DNA from: Longimicrobiales bacterium
GTDB taxonomy: Bacteria > Gemmatimonadota > Gemmatimonadetes > Longimicrobiales > Gaopeijiaceae
Direction: 5' to 3'
DNA: 64,000 nt
NCBI GenBank assembly: GCA_965238005.1
Contig: OZ250165.1
Coordinates: 4,704,001 to 4,768,000, forward strand
Shown here piece after piece: positions 18,860-27,903 of this stretch. Within the stretch, counting starts at the first letter, position 1, and each line of letters starts with the position of its first letter. The position numbers and the translations under genes were made by a program. The notes below the pieces were generated by a model, which had not been told where the DNA came from, made no database searches, and was given only the letters and a program-made list of their open reading frames with translations.

Positions 18860-21304
18860 CTACCGCACGCCGGTCACGCGGAGACCCGCCACCAGAGTGC
18901 GGGGCAGTCCGGGACGGAGCCCAGCCGGGCGCCTCGCCACGCTGTAACGCTCGTCCGAGACATTCTGGACGCCGGCGAACACGGTCCCCCTGCGGTCGAG
19001 CTGCAGCTCCCCGGCCAGGTTGAATACCACGTACGAGTCCGTGCCCTCCCCCCCTGGGATGGGACCTCGACCGGCCCGCGTTCGCATAGCGCCCGACGCC
19101 ATCGTGGAGAGCGTGACGCTCCACCGCGGATGATCGTACCCGATGCTGCCGCTCATCTGGTGCGCGGGGAGGTATGGGAGGCGGTCGCCGATCTCAACCT
19201 CGCCCCAGGGACCGTAGTCGGAGTCGAAGGAAGACCGGAATTCGGCACGCGTATGCGTATAGGTGATCCGTAGGGGCACACGACCCGCCCAGCCGCGTCC
19301 CCAGGCGAAATCGTAGTCCACGGAGACCTCGACACCCGCTACCGCGGCGTCCCCTCCGTTGTACGCCTCGCCCGTGCCATCCTCGGTGGTGGCCAGCGTC
19401 GCCCGTCCGAGGATGTTCGCGTAGTCGCTGTAGAACGCGCTCGCCTGGGCGGCCAACCCCGAGTTCCGCCACCTCCCGCCGAACTCGTAGTTGACGCTGC
19501 TCTCCGGGCGCGTGGCCTCGGCGGCACCGGGTCCCTGAGGTCCGAACCCCTTGTGAACACCCCAGAAGAGGTTGAGGTCACGGGCGGCACGATACGAGAA
19601 CCCGATGCCGGGGATCCACACATTCACCCGGTTCTCCCGAACCCGGGCGGGGTCGTCGCTGGCGTAGTCCGTTCGGGCGAAGTCGATGTGCTCGAAACGG
19701 ACCCCGGGAGTCACGACCAGGCGTCCGAGCTCGACTTCGTCCTGCACGAAGAAGGCGAGCGCGTCGGCCGAGCTCACCCGATTGGACTGGCTCCCGGGCT
19801 CACCAACGGTCGTGAGGACCATGGTACCGTCCTGCATCTGGAACGCGTCCTCCCACTGGAAGCGGTCCTCCTGGTCACGGTGGAACCGAAGGCCCAGCTC
19901 GAGCTCATGACGGCCGAGGCCGAGGCCCACCGTCGACTGCACACCCTCGGCGAAGTAATCACGATTGTTTGCCCGAACCCTGAGTGCGTCGGGGTCGCTA
20001 CCCTCCCCGCGCAGGATCTCGAGGGCCGGCGCATTCTCGTCAGGAGCATCCAAGACCTTGCTGATGCCCGTGCCCAGCACGCTCTGCAGCTTGTACCAAT
20101 TCCGGGAGAAGTCAGTGCGATACGCCGTCGTCGTTACGTCGCCGGCACCGCGGGTCCAGAAGTGGCGGAGCTGAATCTGCGAGTGCTCGGCCTTCATCAG
20201 GTCCGACTCGGAGGCCGGGTATCGGTACAGCGGATTCGTGGCGAAGTCCGCGTCCGTGAGGCCGAGATAGGTCTCTGCCGACTCCTCGTCGGTGTAGCCG
20301 AGCTTGATCTCCAGCTCCTGATACGAGGGGCCTTCACGATCGCTGTTGACCCGAACCTTCCCCATGAAGTCGGCCACGTCGAAGCCCGTCCCCGCGCCGG
20401 TGTCCAGCTCCTTGAAGCCGTCGGTCTCCAGCGTGTACCCCTCCAGGAGCCACCCGAAGCGGGTGCCGGAGTCACCGATCCGGCCGTGACCCCTCAGGGT
20501 GGCGTTCTCACCCGCGGCTCCCTCCATGAACCACGAGAGCCGATCGGGGATGGACGACGAGACGAGGTTGATCGCGCCACCGATGGTGCGGGGACCATAC
20601 TTGACCTGGCTCGATCCCTTCCGGACCTCCACGGCCTCCATGCGCCCGGCCACCGGAAAGTAATAGGCAGACGGAGCCGTGTAGGGAGCGGGGGCGATGA
20701 GTACGCCGTCCTCCATGAGGGTGATCTTGGAGCTCCGGTCCACACCCGTCCCCCTGAGCCCGATGTTGGGACGAAGCCCGAACCCGTCCTCGTCCTGGAC
20801 GTTCACCCCCGGAACGAGGCGCAGGAAGTTGTGGATGTTGTCGAACACGAAGGCGGGAGACTCCAGGTCCGCCGCGACCAGCACGTGCGCAGCCCCGGGA
20901 ATCTCGTCGATGCCAAGGGGGTCACCGATCATCCGGGTGCGCGCAGTGAGGACCCTGATCGGGTCCAGGCGGATCGGTCCGGCACCCATCTCGGCGGTCA
21001 CCCGGAGCTCCCTGTCGTCGACCACCGTCACCGTCTTGGTGAGGGTCGAGTAGCCGAGGCGCACGAACCGTAGCGAGACGGTGCCTAGGGGGATCCCCCT
21101 CAGCGCGTAGCGTCCGGCGTCATCGGACAGGGTGCGAAGGGATGTGCCCACCACCTCGACCGAGGTTCCAGCAAGGGCCGAGCCGTCCTCGGTGGCCTGG
21201 ACGAACCCTGCAATCCTGCCGGGGCCGTCCTGTGCATTGACAGAAGGTGACAACAGCGAGGCTACGACGATCAGCTGGAGGATCCTGCGAACGGAGACAC
21301 TCAT
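18860..21304 (-). CDS. TonB-dependent receptor, FecA-like iron uptake
   Basis: Signal peptide, carboxypeptidase-regulatory-like N-domain, plug motifs GLRPNIGLRG, LMEDG and EVRKG, C-terminal RPGLPRT. Confidence 0.9.
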   Translation of the reverse strand: MSVSVRRILQLIVVASLLSPSVNAQDGPGRIAGFVQATEDGSALAGTSVEVVGTSLRTLSDDAGRYALRGIPLGTVSLRFVRLGYSTLTKTVTVVDDRELRVTAEMGAGPIRLDPIRVLTARTRMIGDPLGIDEIPGAAHVLVAADLESPAFVFDNIHNFLRLVPGVNVQDEDGFGLRPNIGLRGTGVDRSSKITLMEDGVLIAPAPYTAPSAYYFPVAGRMEAVEVRKGSSQVKYGPRTIGGAINLVSSSIPDRLSWFMEGAAGENATLRGHGRIGDSGTRFGWLLEGYTLETDGFKELDTGAGTGFDVADFMGKVRVNSDREGPSYQELEIKLGYTDEESAETYLGLTDADFATNPLYRYPASESDLMKAEHSQIQLRHFWTRGAGDVTTTAYRTDFSRNWYKLQSVLGTGISKVLDAPDENAPALEILRGEGSDPDALRVRANNRDYFAEGVQSTVGLGLGRHELELGLRFHRDQEDRFQWEDAFQMQDGTMVLTTVGEPGSQSNRVSSADALAFFVQDEVELGRLVVTPGVRFEHIDFARTDYASDDPARVRENRVNVWIPGIGFSYRAARDLNLFWGVHKGFGPQGPGAAEATRPESSVNYEFGGRWRNSGLAAQASAFYSDYANILGRATLATTEDGTGEAYNGGDAAVAGVEVSVDYDFAWGRGWAGRVPLRITYTHTRAEFRSSFDSDYGPWGEVEIGDRLPYLPAHQMSGSIGYDHPRWSVTLSTMASGAMRTRAGRGPIPGGEGTDSYVVFNLAGELQLDRRGTVFAGVQNVSDERYSVARRPAGLRPGLPRTLVAGLRVTGVR

Positions 21305-21375
21305 GGCCCTGGCCTCACTCGGCATCTATATGTAAACCCGGCGTTGGCGCTCTCAACGCGTCCCGTCGATAGGCA

Positions 21376-21394
21376 AATGAGAACGATTCTCATT
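21376..21394. promoter_or_regulatory. Fur-type operator
   Basis: Palindrome AATGAGAA-CGA-TTCTCATT just downstream of the receptor's -10 box. Confidence 0.8.
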
Positions 21395-21404
21395 CGCAAC
21401 AACG

Positions 21405-21433
21405 AATGTACATCCCGTTAGACTTGGGGTCAA
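21405..21433 (-). promoter_or_regulatory. Sigma70 promoter of the TonB receptor
   Basis: TTGACC-17 nt-TACATT on the minus strand. Confidence 0.7.
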
Positions 21434-21549
21434 CAAGGAATTCGGACCTGAGTCGGGGCTCCCTGAGGCGGGAAATTCCACTAGTTTAGGAGTTCCATTT
21501 TGAGGTCGATGGGGACGGCCTTTCCGGCCCCGTCTGAAGCCCGAGAGCG

Positions 21550-24378
21550 ATGGAAGACAAGCCCTTCGACAGTCAGAACGCCGGGTACGTCCAGGCACTC
21601 TATGAGGAGTTCGCCCGAAACCCCGACGCAGTGCCCGAGGAGTGGCGGCGGTTCTTCTCGTTGGGTCCGACCGCCGCCCGGGAGGCAGGGCTCATGGTGC
21701 CCGAAAGTCTGGCGGCGAACGGGGGCGGAGCGGTTGTGGAGGCACCCGTCCGCGGCGGGAGCCAGGCCCCGACGGCGGAGCTCGACGCCGTGCCGGGCCA
21801 GGCGGACACCCTGCGCCGCATGATGCCCGTCGTGGCGAAGGCCACGTCCTTCGCTCAGGCGTTTCGCGATCATGGGCATCACCTCTCTCAGATCGACCCA
21901 CTAGGCTCTCCTCCGCCAGGGCACCCGCAGCTCGACCCCTCTTTCTTCGGCACGAGCATGGAGGAGCTCGAGGAGCTACCGGCATCGCTCGTCATGGAGG
22001 GCGGGGGCGACGAATCCCTCGCCCATGCCCTGAAGAGGCTCCAGGACGCCTACTGCGGCACCATAGGCTACGAGTTCGAGCACCTCGAGGACCCATCTGT
22101 CGTTCGGTGGCTCTGGGATCAGGTTGAGTCGGGAGTCCATGCGCAGCCCATCGAGGCGGGAGAGCAGGTGCGACTCCTGCAACGACTCACCGAAGTCGAG
22201 GGATTGGAGCAATTCATCCACAAGGCCTACCTGGGTCAGAAGCGCTTCTCCATCGAAGGGACGGACATGATGGTCCCCATGATGGACCTCGCCCTGGAGG
22301 AGGCCACCCGGGCAGGAGCCGAACGGGTCGTCCTGGGAATGGCTCATCGCGGCCGGCTCAACGTCCTCGCCCACTTCGTGGGTGTGGGATACGAGGAGAT
22401 CATCCGCGAGTTCGAGGGTGTCGAAGCCAAGGGCGCCTTCACAGTGGAAGGCACGGGCGACGTGAAGTACCACCACGGAGCAGAGGGAGTGCGCAGCCTC
22501 CCCGATGGATCCGTGATCCACATCATCCTCGTACCGAATCCAAGCCACCTCGAATTCGTGAACCCCGTGGTGGAGGGCGTGGCGCGCGCCCTCCAGCACC
22601 GTGGAGACCAGCAGGGCGCCGAACAGGATACGTCCGCCGTGGTGCCCATCCTCATCCACGGTGACGCGGCGTTCGCCGGCGAGGGCGTCGTGGCCGAGAC
22701 GCTGAACCTCGGAAGGCTGAGGGGCTATACGACGGGCGGAACCATCCACCTCATCGCCAACAACCAGATCGGCTTCACGACCCTTCCCATCGACGGTCGC
22801 TCTACTCGCTACGCCAGCGACCTCGCCAAGGGATTCAGCTTCCCCATCATCCATGCGAACGCCGACGACGCTGAGGCGTGCCTGACCGCGGTTCGGCTCG
22901 CCATGGCGTACCGGGCCGAGTATCAAGACGACGTCGTCATCGACCTGGTGGGCTACCGCCGCTATGGCCACAACGAGGGTGACGAGCCTGCCTACACCCA
23001 GCCCTTCGAGTCGAAGACGATCAAAGATCATCCGACGGTGCGTGCCATCTACGCCGAGAAGCTCATGAAGGCGGGGGTCCTGAGCGCCGAGGACGTGGAG
23101 GCCCTGGAGGCCCGTGTGTCGGGCTACCTCCGCGAAGCCCAGGACAAGGTGCAGAGCGAGGACCGCCCTTCCCACGATGCGATGGAGGACTCGAACCTGG
23201 AGCCGCCCAAGGGGTTGGTCCCGTCGGTGCCGCTGGAGGTTCTGGTGGACGTGAACGCCGCTTCCATGGCGACCCCCAAGGGCTTCAGCATGCACCCCAA
23301 GCTCAAGAGACAGCTGGCGAAGCGTGACGACGGCTTTGGGCCGCACTTCCTCCTGGACTGGGGTCATGCCGAGGCCCTGGCGTTCGGCTCGCTTCTCTGG
23401 GAGGGCATCCCGGTGCGGCTCACCGGACAGGACTCCCAGCGCGGCCCCTTCAGCCACCGGCACCTCGTGCTCCACGACTCGGAGACGGGCCAGGAGCATA
23501 CGCCTCTGGCACACTACGGAGACGCGCGCTTCACGGTCCTCAACTCGCCCCTCTCCGAGATGGCCGTGCTGGGCTTCGAATACGGCTACAGCGTTGCGTC
23601 GGAGAAGGACCTGGTTCTCTGGGAGGCCCAGTTCGGCGACTTCGCAAACGCCGCCCAGGTCTCCATCGACCAGTTCGTGTCTTCAGGTTGGGAAAAGTGG
23701 GGGCAGGTGGCCACACTGGCCATGCTCCTTCCGCACGGCTACGAGGGGCAGGGGCCGGAGCACTCGAGCGCGCGACTGGAGCGCTTCCTACAGCTGTGCG
23801 CGGAGGACAACATGCGTGTGGTGTCCCCCACTAATCCGGCACAGCACTACCACCTCCTCCGGCGACAGGCGCACGTCCGGCCGGAGCGGCCCCTGGTGGT
23901 CATGACGCCCAAGAGCCTCCTCCGTCATCCGAGGGCCACGTCCACCGTCTCCGATCTGGTGGAGGGAAGCTTCCGGCCCGTCCTGGACGATCCCTCGGTG
24001 GTCGAGCCCGAGGCCGTCACCCGCCTGCTGCTCTGCTCCGGAAAGCTTTACTACGACCTGGTCGGCAGTGAGCTCCGCGAGAACCTGCCCGGCGTGGCCG
24101 TGGCGCGACTGGAGGAGCTCTATCCGTTCCCGGGATCCGGGGTCGAGGAGCTCCTAGCTCGCTATCCGTCCGTTCGTGAGCTGGTCTGGGCTCAGGAGGA
24201 GCCGCGAAACATGGGAGCCCTCTCGTACGTGGGCCCGCGCCTCAGGGCCGTGGTCCCTCGGGAGCTGAAGCTCAGCCACGTGGCCCGCCCCGAGCGAGCC
24301 AGCCCCTCCGAGGGGAAGCACATCGATCATGTGGTGGAGCAGGCCCGAGTGATTCGGGAGTCGCTCAAAGTGGGCTAG
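21550..24378 (+). CDS. sucA: 2-oxoglutarate dehydrogenase E1
   Basis: GQKRFSIEG, GMAHRGRLN, GDVKYH, HGDAAF, GHNEGD, WEAQFGDF and GPEHSSAR. Confidence 0.97.
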   Translation: MEDKPFDSQNAGYVQALYEEFARNPDAVPEEWRRFFSLGPTAAREAGLMVPESLAANGGGAVVEAPVRGGSQAPTAELDAVPGQADTLRRMMPVVAKATSFAQAFRDHGHHLSQIDPLGSPPPGHPQLDPSFFGTSMEELEELPASLVMEGGGDESLAHALKRLQDAYCGTIGYEFEHLEDPSVVRWLWDQVESGVHAQPIEAGEQVRLLQRLTEVEGLEQFIHKAYLGQKRFSIEGTDMMVPMMDLALEEATRAGAERVVLGMAHRGRLNVLAHFVGVGYEEIIREFEGVEAKGAFTVEGTGDVKYHHGAEGVRSLPDGSVIHIILVPNPSHLEFVNPVVEGVARALQHRGDQQGAEQDTSAVVPILIHGDAAFAGEGVVAETLNLGRLRGYTTGGTIHLIANNQIGFTTLPIDGRSTRYASDLAKGFSFPIIHANADDAEACLTAVRLAMAYRAEYQDDVVIDLVGYRRYGHNEGDEPAYTQPFESKTIKDHPTVRAIYAEKLMKAGVLSAEDVEALEARVSGYLREAQDKVQSEDRPSHDAMEDSNLEPPKGLVPSVPLEVLVDVNAASMATPKGFSMHPKLKRQLAKRDDGFGPHFLLDWGHAEALAFGSLLWEGIPVRLTGQDSQRGPFSHRHLVLHDSETGQEHTPLAHYGDARFTVLNSPLSEMAVLGFEYGYSVASEKDLVLWEAQFGDFANAAQVSIDQFVSSGWEKWGQVATLAMLLPHGYEGQGPEHSSARLERFLQLCAEDNMRVVSPTNPAQHYHLLRRQAHVRPERPLVVMTPKSLLRHPRATSTVSDLVEGSFRPVLDDPSVVEPEAVTRLLLCSGKLYYDLVGSELRENLPGVAVARLEELYPFPGSGVEELLARYPSVRELVWAQEEPRNMGALSYVGPRLRAVVPRELKLSHVARPERASPSEGKHIDHVVEQARVIRESLKVG

Positions 24379-25979
24379 GAGTCTGCGCCGCAGAACCCTG
24401 CGGCGGCTATCTTTGGTGGTAGCGAAGGCATTGGGAAGGCTTGCGGATCACCGAGGGGGGTGAATGGGAACGACATTTCGACCGTACGATCCGGAGCAGA
24501 TGTTGTTGCTGCCTCCGGATCTTCGGGAGTGGGTGTCGGAGGGTCATTTGGCGCACCATGTGAGCGACCTGGTGGACGCGGTGGAGCTGAGCGCGTTCTA
24601 CGGGCGGTACCGGGGGGACGGGCGGCGCAACTCGCCGTACGACCCTCGGATGATGGTCAAGGTGCTGATCTACGCGTATGCGACGGGCACCTTCTCGTCG
24701 CGGAAGATGGCGAGGAAGCTGGAGGAGGATGTCGCGTTTCGGATGCTGGCGGCGGAGAACTTCCCGAAGCACCGGACGCTGTGCGAGTTCCGCAAGCGCC
24801 ATCTCGGGGATTTCCGGGCGGTGTTTGTGGAGGTGGTGATGCTCGCGCGGGCCTTGGGGCTGGCGGGGCTTGGCAGGGTGTCGGTGGACGGGACGAAGGT
24901 TCGGGCGAACGCGAACAAGCGCAAGGCGATGAGCTACGGCCGGATGGTGACCGGGGAGCCTCGGCTGGAGGCGGAGATCCGGGGGCTGTTGGAGAGGGCC
25001 GAGGCGGTGGACGAAGCGGAAGACGAGCGCTACGGCGAGGAAGCATGCGGAGACGAGGTGCCGGAGGAGCTCAAGCGGCGCGAGGACCGGCTGGCGGCGA
25101 TCCGGGAGGCGAAGGCGCGCCTGGAAGCCGAGCAGAGAGCGGCGGACGACGCACGGGGCCGCAAGCCGGGGCAGACGCGCAACCCGAAGGGCGGCAGGCC
25201 CTACAAGCGGGAGTACGGAGAGCCGGACGAGGCGGCGCAGAGCAACTTCACGGACCCTGAGAGCCGGATCATGAAGACGAGTTCGGAGGGGTTCCAGCAG
25301 TGCTACAACGCACAGACGGTCGTGGAGGGGGAGAACCAGCTGGTGGTCGGGGCCGAGGTGACGGACAACGCGAGCGACCAGGGCCAGCTGGTGCCCATGG
25401 TCGACGCGGTGGCGCAAGCGTACGGCGAGACGCCGGCGCAGGTGCTGGCGGACACGGGCTATTGCAACGAGCGGGATCTCGAGGAACTGGAAGAGCGAGA
25501 CATCGACGGGTATGTGGCGCTGGCCCGGGAGGGCAAGGCCGCCCCCACGGTTGACAAGGAGGAATATCCGGCGAAAGTCCGCATGGCGGAGAAGCTGGCG
25601 AGCGAAGATGGCCGCAGACGCTACGCACGGCGAAAGTCGCAGGCCGAGGCGCCCATCGGCTGGATCAAGGAAGTGATGGGCTTTCGACGATTCAGCTTCC
25701 GGGGCCTCGAGAAGGTCCGGGCCGAGTGGACCCTCGTGTGCCTGGCACTCAATGTGAAGCGGCTGCACACCCTTCAGGCGGCATGACTGCACGAGGGTTC
25801 ACCCGCATCTGCCGGCGCGAGGGCTCTCGTAGCTCTCTTGCCCCCCCAACGCATCCATTCCGCTCTCCCGATCCGTCGCAGACACAAGTCCTCAACCTCC
25901 CAATCACCCGGATCCGCCTCGCCGCGGACGGCTCGATGACCATTCGGCTCAGTCAGCTGTGCTTCTGCGGCGCAGACTC
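24379..25979 (+). mobile_element. IS1182-family insertion sequence
   Basis: Perfect 17-bp TIRs GAGTCTGCGCCGCAGAA / TTCTGCGGCGCAGACTC with CTAG direct repeats at 24375-24378 and 25980-25983. Confidence 0.92.
24464..25786 (+). CDS. IS1182-family DDE transposase
   Basis: QMLLLPPDL, YDPRMMVKVLIYAY, VDGTKV, NFTDPES, YNAQ, ADTGY and FRRFSFRGLEKV. Confidence 0.95.
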   Translation: MGTTFRPYDPEQMLLLPPDLREWVSEGHLAHHVSDLVDAVELSAFYGRYRGDGRRNSPYDPRMMVKVLIYAYATGTFSSRKMARKLEEDVAFRMLAAENFPKHRTLCEFRKRHLGDFRAVFVEVVMLARALGLAGLGRVSVDGTKVRANANKRKAMSYGRMVTGEPRLEAEIRGLLERAEAVDEAEDERYGEEACGDEVPEELKRREDRLAAIREAKARLEAEQRAADDARGRKPGQTRNPKGGRPYKREYGEPDEAAQSNFTDPESRIMKTSSEGFQQCYNAQTVVEGENQLVVGAEVTDNASDQGQLVPMVDAVAQAYGETPAQVLADTGYCNERDLEELEERDIDGYVALAREGKAAPTVDKEEYPAKVRMAEKLASEDGRRRYARRKSQAEAPIGWIKEVMGFRRFSFRGLEKVRAEWTLVCLALNVKRLHTLQAA

Positions 25980-25989
25980 CTAGGCTTTG

Positions 25990-26988
25990 TCACTCCCAGC
26001 GAATGAGGAGCTTTCCGAAGTTCGCGTTGGCCTCCATCACCCGATGGGCTTCGGCGGCCTCCTCGGGGGAGAAGATGCGGTCGACGACCGGACTCGCCTG
26101 CCCGCGCAGGAACAGCGGAAGGACGCGCTCCTCGAAGGCCTCGGCCAGGGCCGCCTTCTCCTCGAGGGGCCGGGCTCTCAGGACCGTGCCCCTGAGTGTC
26201 GCTCGACGACTCATCATGGCTCTCAGGTCGATGGTGGCGACGGCCCCTCCAGGTACACCTACGACGACATGGCGACCCCGGGTCGCCATGACCCTCTGAT
26301 TCCCCTCCAGGTAGAGTCCGCCCACGAGATCCAGGATCACGTCCACCCCCCGTCCCTCCGTGACCTCCAGGACGCGGTCGGGCCAGTCTGTGTCACCCGG
26401 GACGGCGTGGTCCAGCCCCAGTGCCGCCGCCCGCTCGAGCTTCGCGGGGGTCCGGGACGTACCCAGAGTGCGGGCGCCGAGGGCCTTGGCGATCTGCAGG
26501 GCCGCGGTTCCCACGCCGCTCCCCACCGCGTGGATGAGGAGGGTCTCCCCCGACCGGAGCCCCATCTGCATCACCGCCGCGTCGAAGGCGGTCATGAACA
26601 CCTCGGGAATCGCCCCCGCCTCTTCGAGGCCGAGGGAGTCGGGCACCGGAACGACGGTGGTGCCATGGGTCTTCACGTATTGGGCATATCCGCCGCCGCC
26701 CAGGATCCCCATGATCCGGTCCCCCACCTGCCAGCGATCCACCTCGGGCCCCAGGGCATCCACGATGCCGGAGAACTCGAGACCGAGAATCTCCTCCGGC
26801 CAGCCCTCAGGGACCGGATAGCGTCCCATTCTCTGCAAAAGGTCTGCGCGATTGACGCCGGACGTAGCGACCCGCACCCGGATCTCTCCGGCCTCCGGGA
26901 CCGGCATCGGCGCGGACTGGAGCGAGAGGACCTCAGGCCCCCCCGATCCATCCATGACCACCGCCTGCATGCTGCCCGTCGCTTCCAT
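25990..26988 (-). CDS. NAD(P)H:quinone oxidoreductase (PIG3/MDR family)
   Basis: GVNRADLLQRMGRY, LGLEFSG, GSGVGTA and NFGKL. Confidence 0.9.
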   Translation of the reverse strand: MEATGSMQAVVMDGSGGPEVLSLQSAPMPVPEAGEIRVRVATSGVNRADLLQRMGRYPVPEGWPEEILGLEFSGIVDALGPEVDRWQVGDRIMGILGGGGYAQYVKTHGTTVVPVPDSLGLEEAGAIPEVFMTAFDAAVMQMGLRSGETLLIHAVGSGVGTAALQIAKALGARTLGTSRTPAKLERAAALGLDHAVPGDTDWPDRVLEVTEGRGVDVILDLVGGLYLEGNQRVMATRGRHVVVGVPGGAVATIDLRAMMSRRATLRGTVLRARPLEEKAALAEAFEERVLPLFLRGQASPVVDRIFSPEEAAEAHRVMEANANFGKLLIRWE

Positions 26989-27032
26989 GCCCGCTATCAT
27001 AGGCTGATGCAGACACTGCGCCAGGCCGCCTG

Positions 27033-27815
27033 ATGCTCCTCCCCGTCGAGCTCGACCGTCCCATCGTCTTCCTGGATCTGGAGACGACGGGACTCAGCAC
27101 CCGGGATGATCGGATCATCGAGATGGCCATCCTCCGCGTCTCCCCTCAGGGGGACGTGTTGGAGCGGGTTCGCCGCTTCAACCCCGGCATACCCATTCAC
27201 CCCGAGGCCACGGCTGTCCACGGGATCACGGACGACGACGTGGCCGACGAGGCGCCGTTCGCCGCTCGAGCCAAGGCCCTGGTGCAACTGCTGGACCCTT
27301 GTGACCTGGCCGGCTTCAACATCCGCCGATTTGACCTTCCCATGCTCCTGGCCGAGTTCAAGCGGGCTGAGGTCGAGTTCGATTATAAGTCGCGCCGGAT
27401 CATCGACATCCAGGGGATCTTTCACCGGGAGGAGCCCCGCGACCTCTCGGCAGCCGCACGATTCTACCTGGGCCGTGAGCATCAGGAAGCCCACAGCGCT
27501 CTGGGCGACATCCGAACCACGGCCGCCGTTCTGGCAGCCCAGATCGAGCGCTACCCCCATCTGCCCCACGACATGGACGCCCTCAATCAGTACTGCGACG
27601 AGTTCTTTCCCATCCGGACCGCCGTCGATCTGTGGTTCGAGGACGGAGACGAGGGACGCCTCTTCCGGAGGGGCAAGTACAGGGGTCGAGCTCTCTCGGA
27701 GGTGGCCCTGATGGAGCGGGACTACCTCGAGTGGATGCTCACCGCCGAAGACATGGACGACGAGGTGCTCGCCATCGTGCGAGAGGCCCTGGCGGGCCAA
27801 GAGCCACCCACCTAA
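27033..27815 (+). CDS. DEDDh 3'-5' exonuclease (DnaQ-like)
   Basis: FLDLETTG, GFNIRRFD and AHSALGD; C-terminal GKYRG...YLEW domain. Confidence 0.9.
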   Translation: MLLPVELDRPIVFLDLETTGLSTRDDRIIEMAILRVSPQGDVLERVRRFNPGIPIHPEATAVHGITDDDVADEAPFAARAKALVQLLDPCDLAGFNIRRFDLPMLLAEFKRAEVEFDYKSRRIIDIQGIFHREEPRDLSAAARFYLGREHQEAHSALGDIRTTAAVLAAQIERYPHLPHDMDALNQYCDEFFPIRTAVDLWFEDGDEGRLFRRGKYRGRALSEVALMERDYLEWMLTAEDMDDEVLAIVREALAGQEPPT

Positions 27816-27903
27816 TTCTACCGTCCCGCCGGGCATTCGTGGAGTCGGCTCCCGTGGGCGAGAGCCGACACTCGAGATGGTGACACCAGGACTGGAGTCA
27901 GTA

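Noticed and set aside
19553..23514. Long antisense or shadow ORFs (e.g. 19553-21073, 21976-23514; also 24407-25792)
   Set aside because: Expected from GC-rich codon bias opposite well-supported genes.
24379..25979. IS1182 as the mobiliser of the MITEs
   Set aside because: It shares the CTAG target, but its TIR (GAGTCTGCGCCGCAGAA) matches neither MITE TIR.
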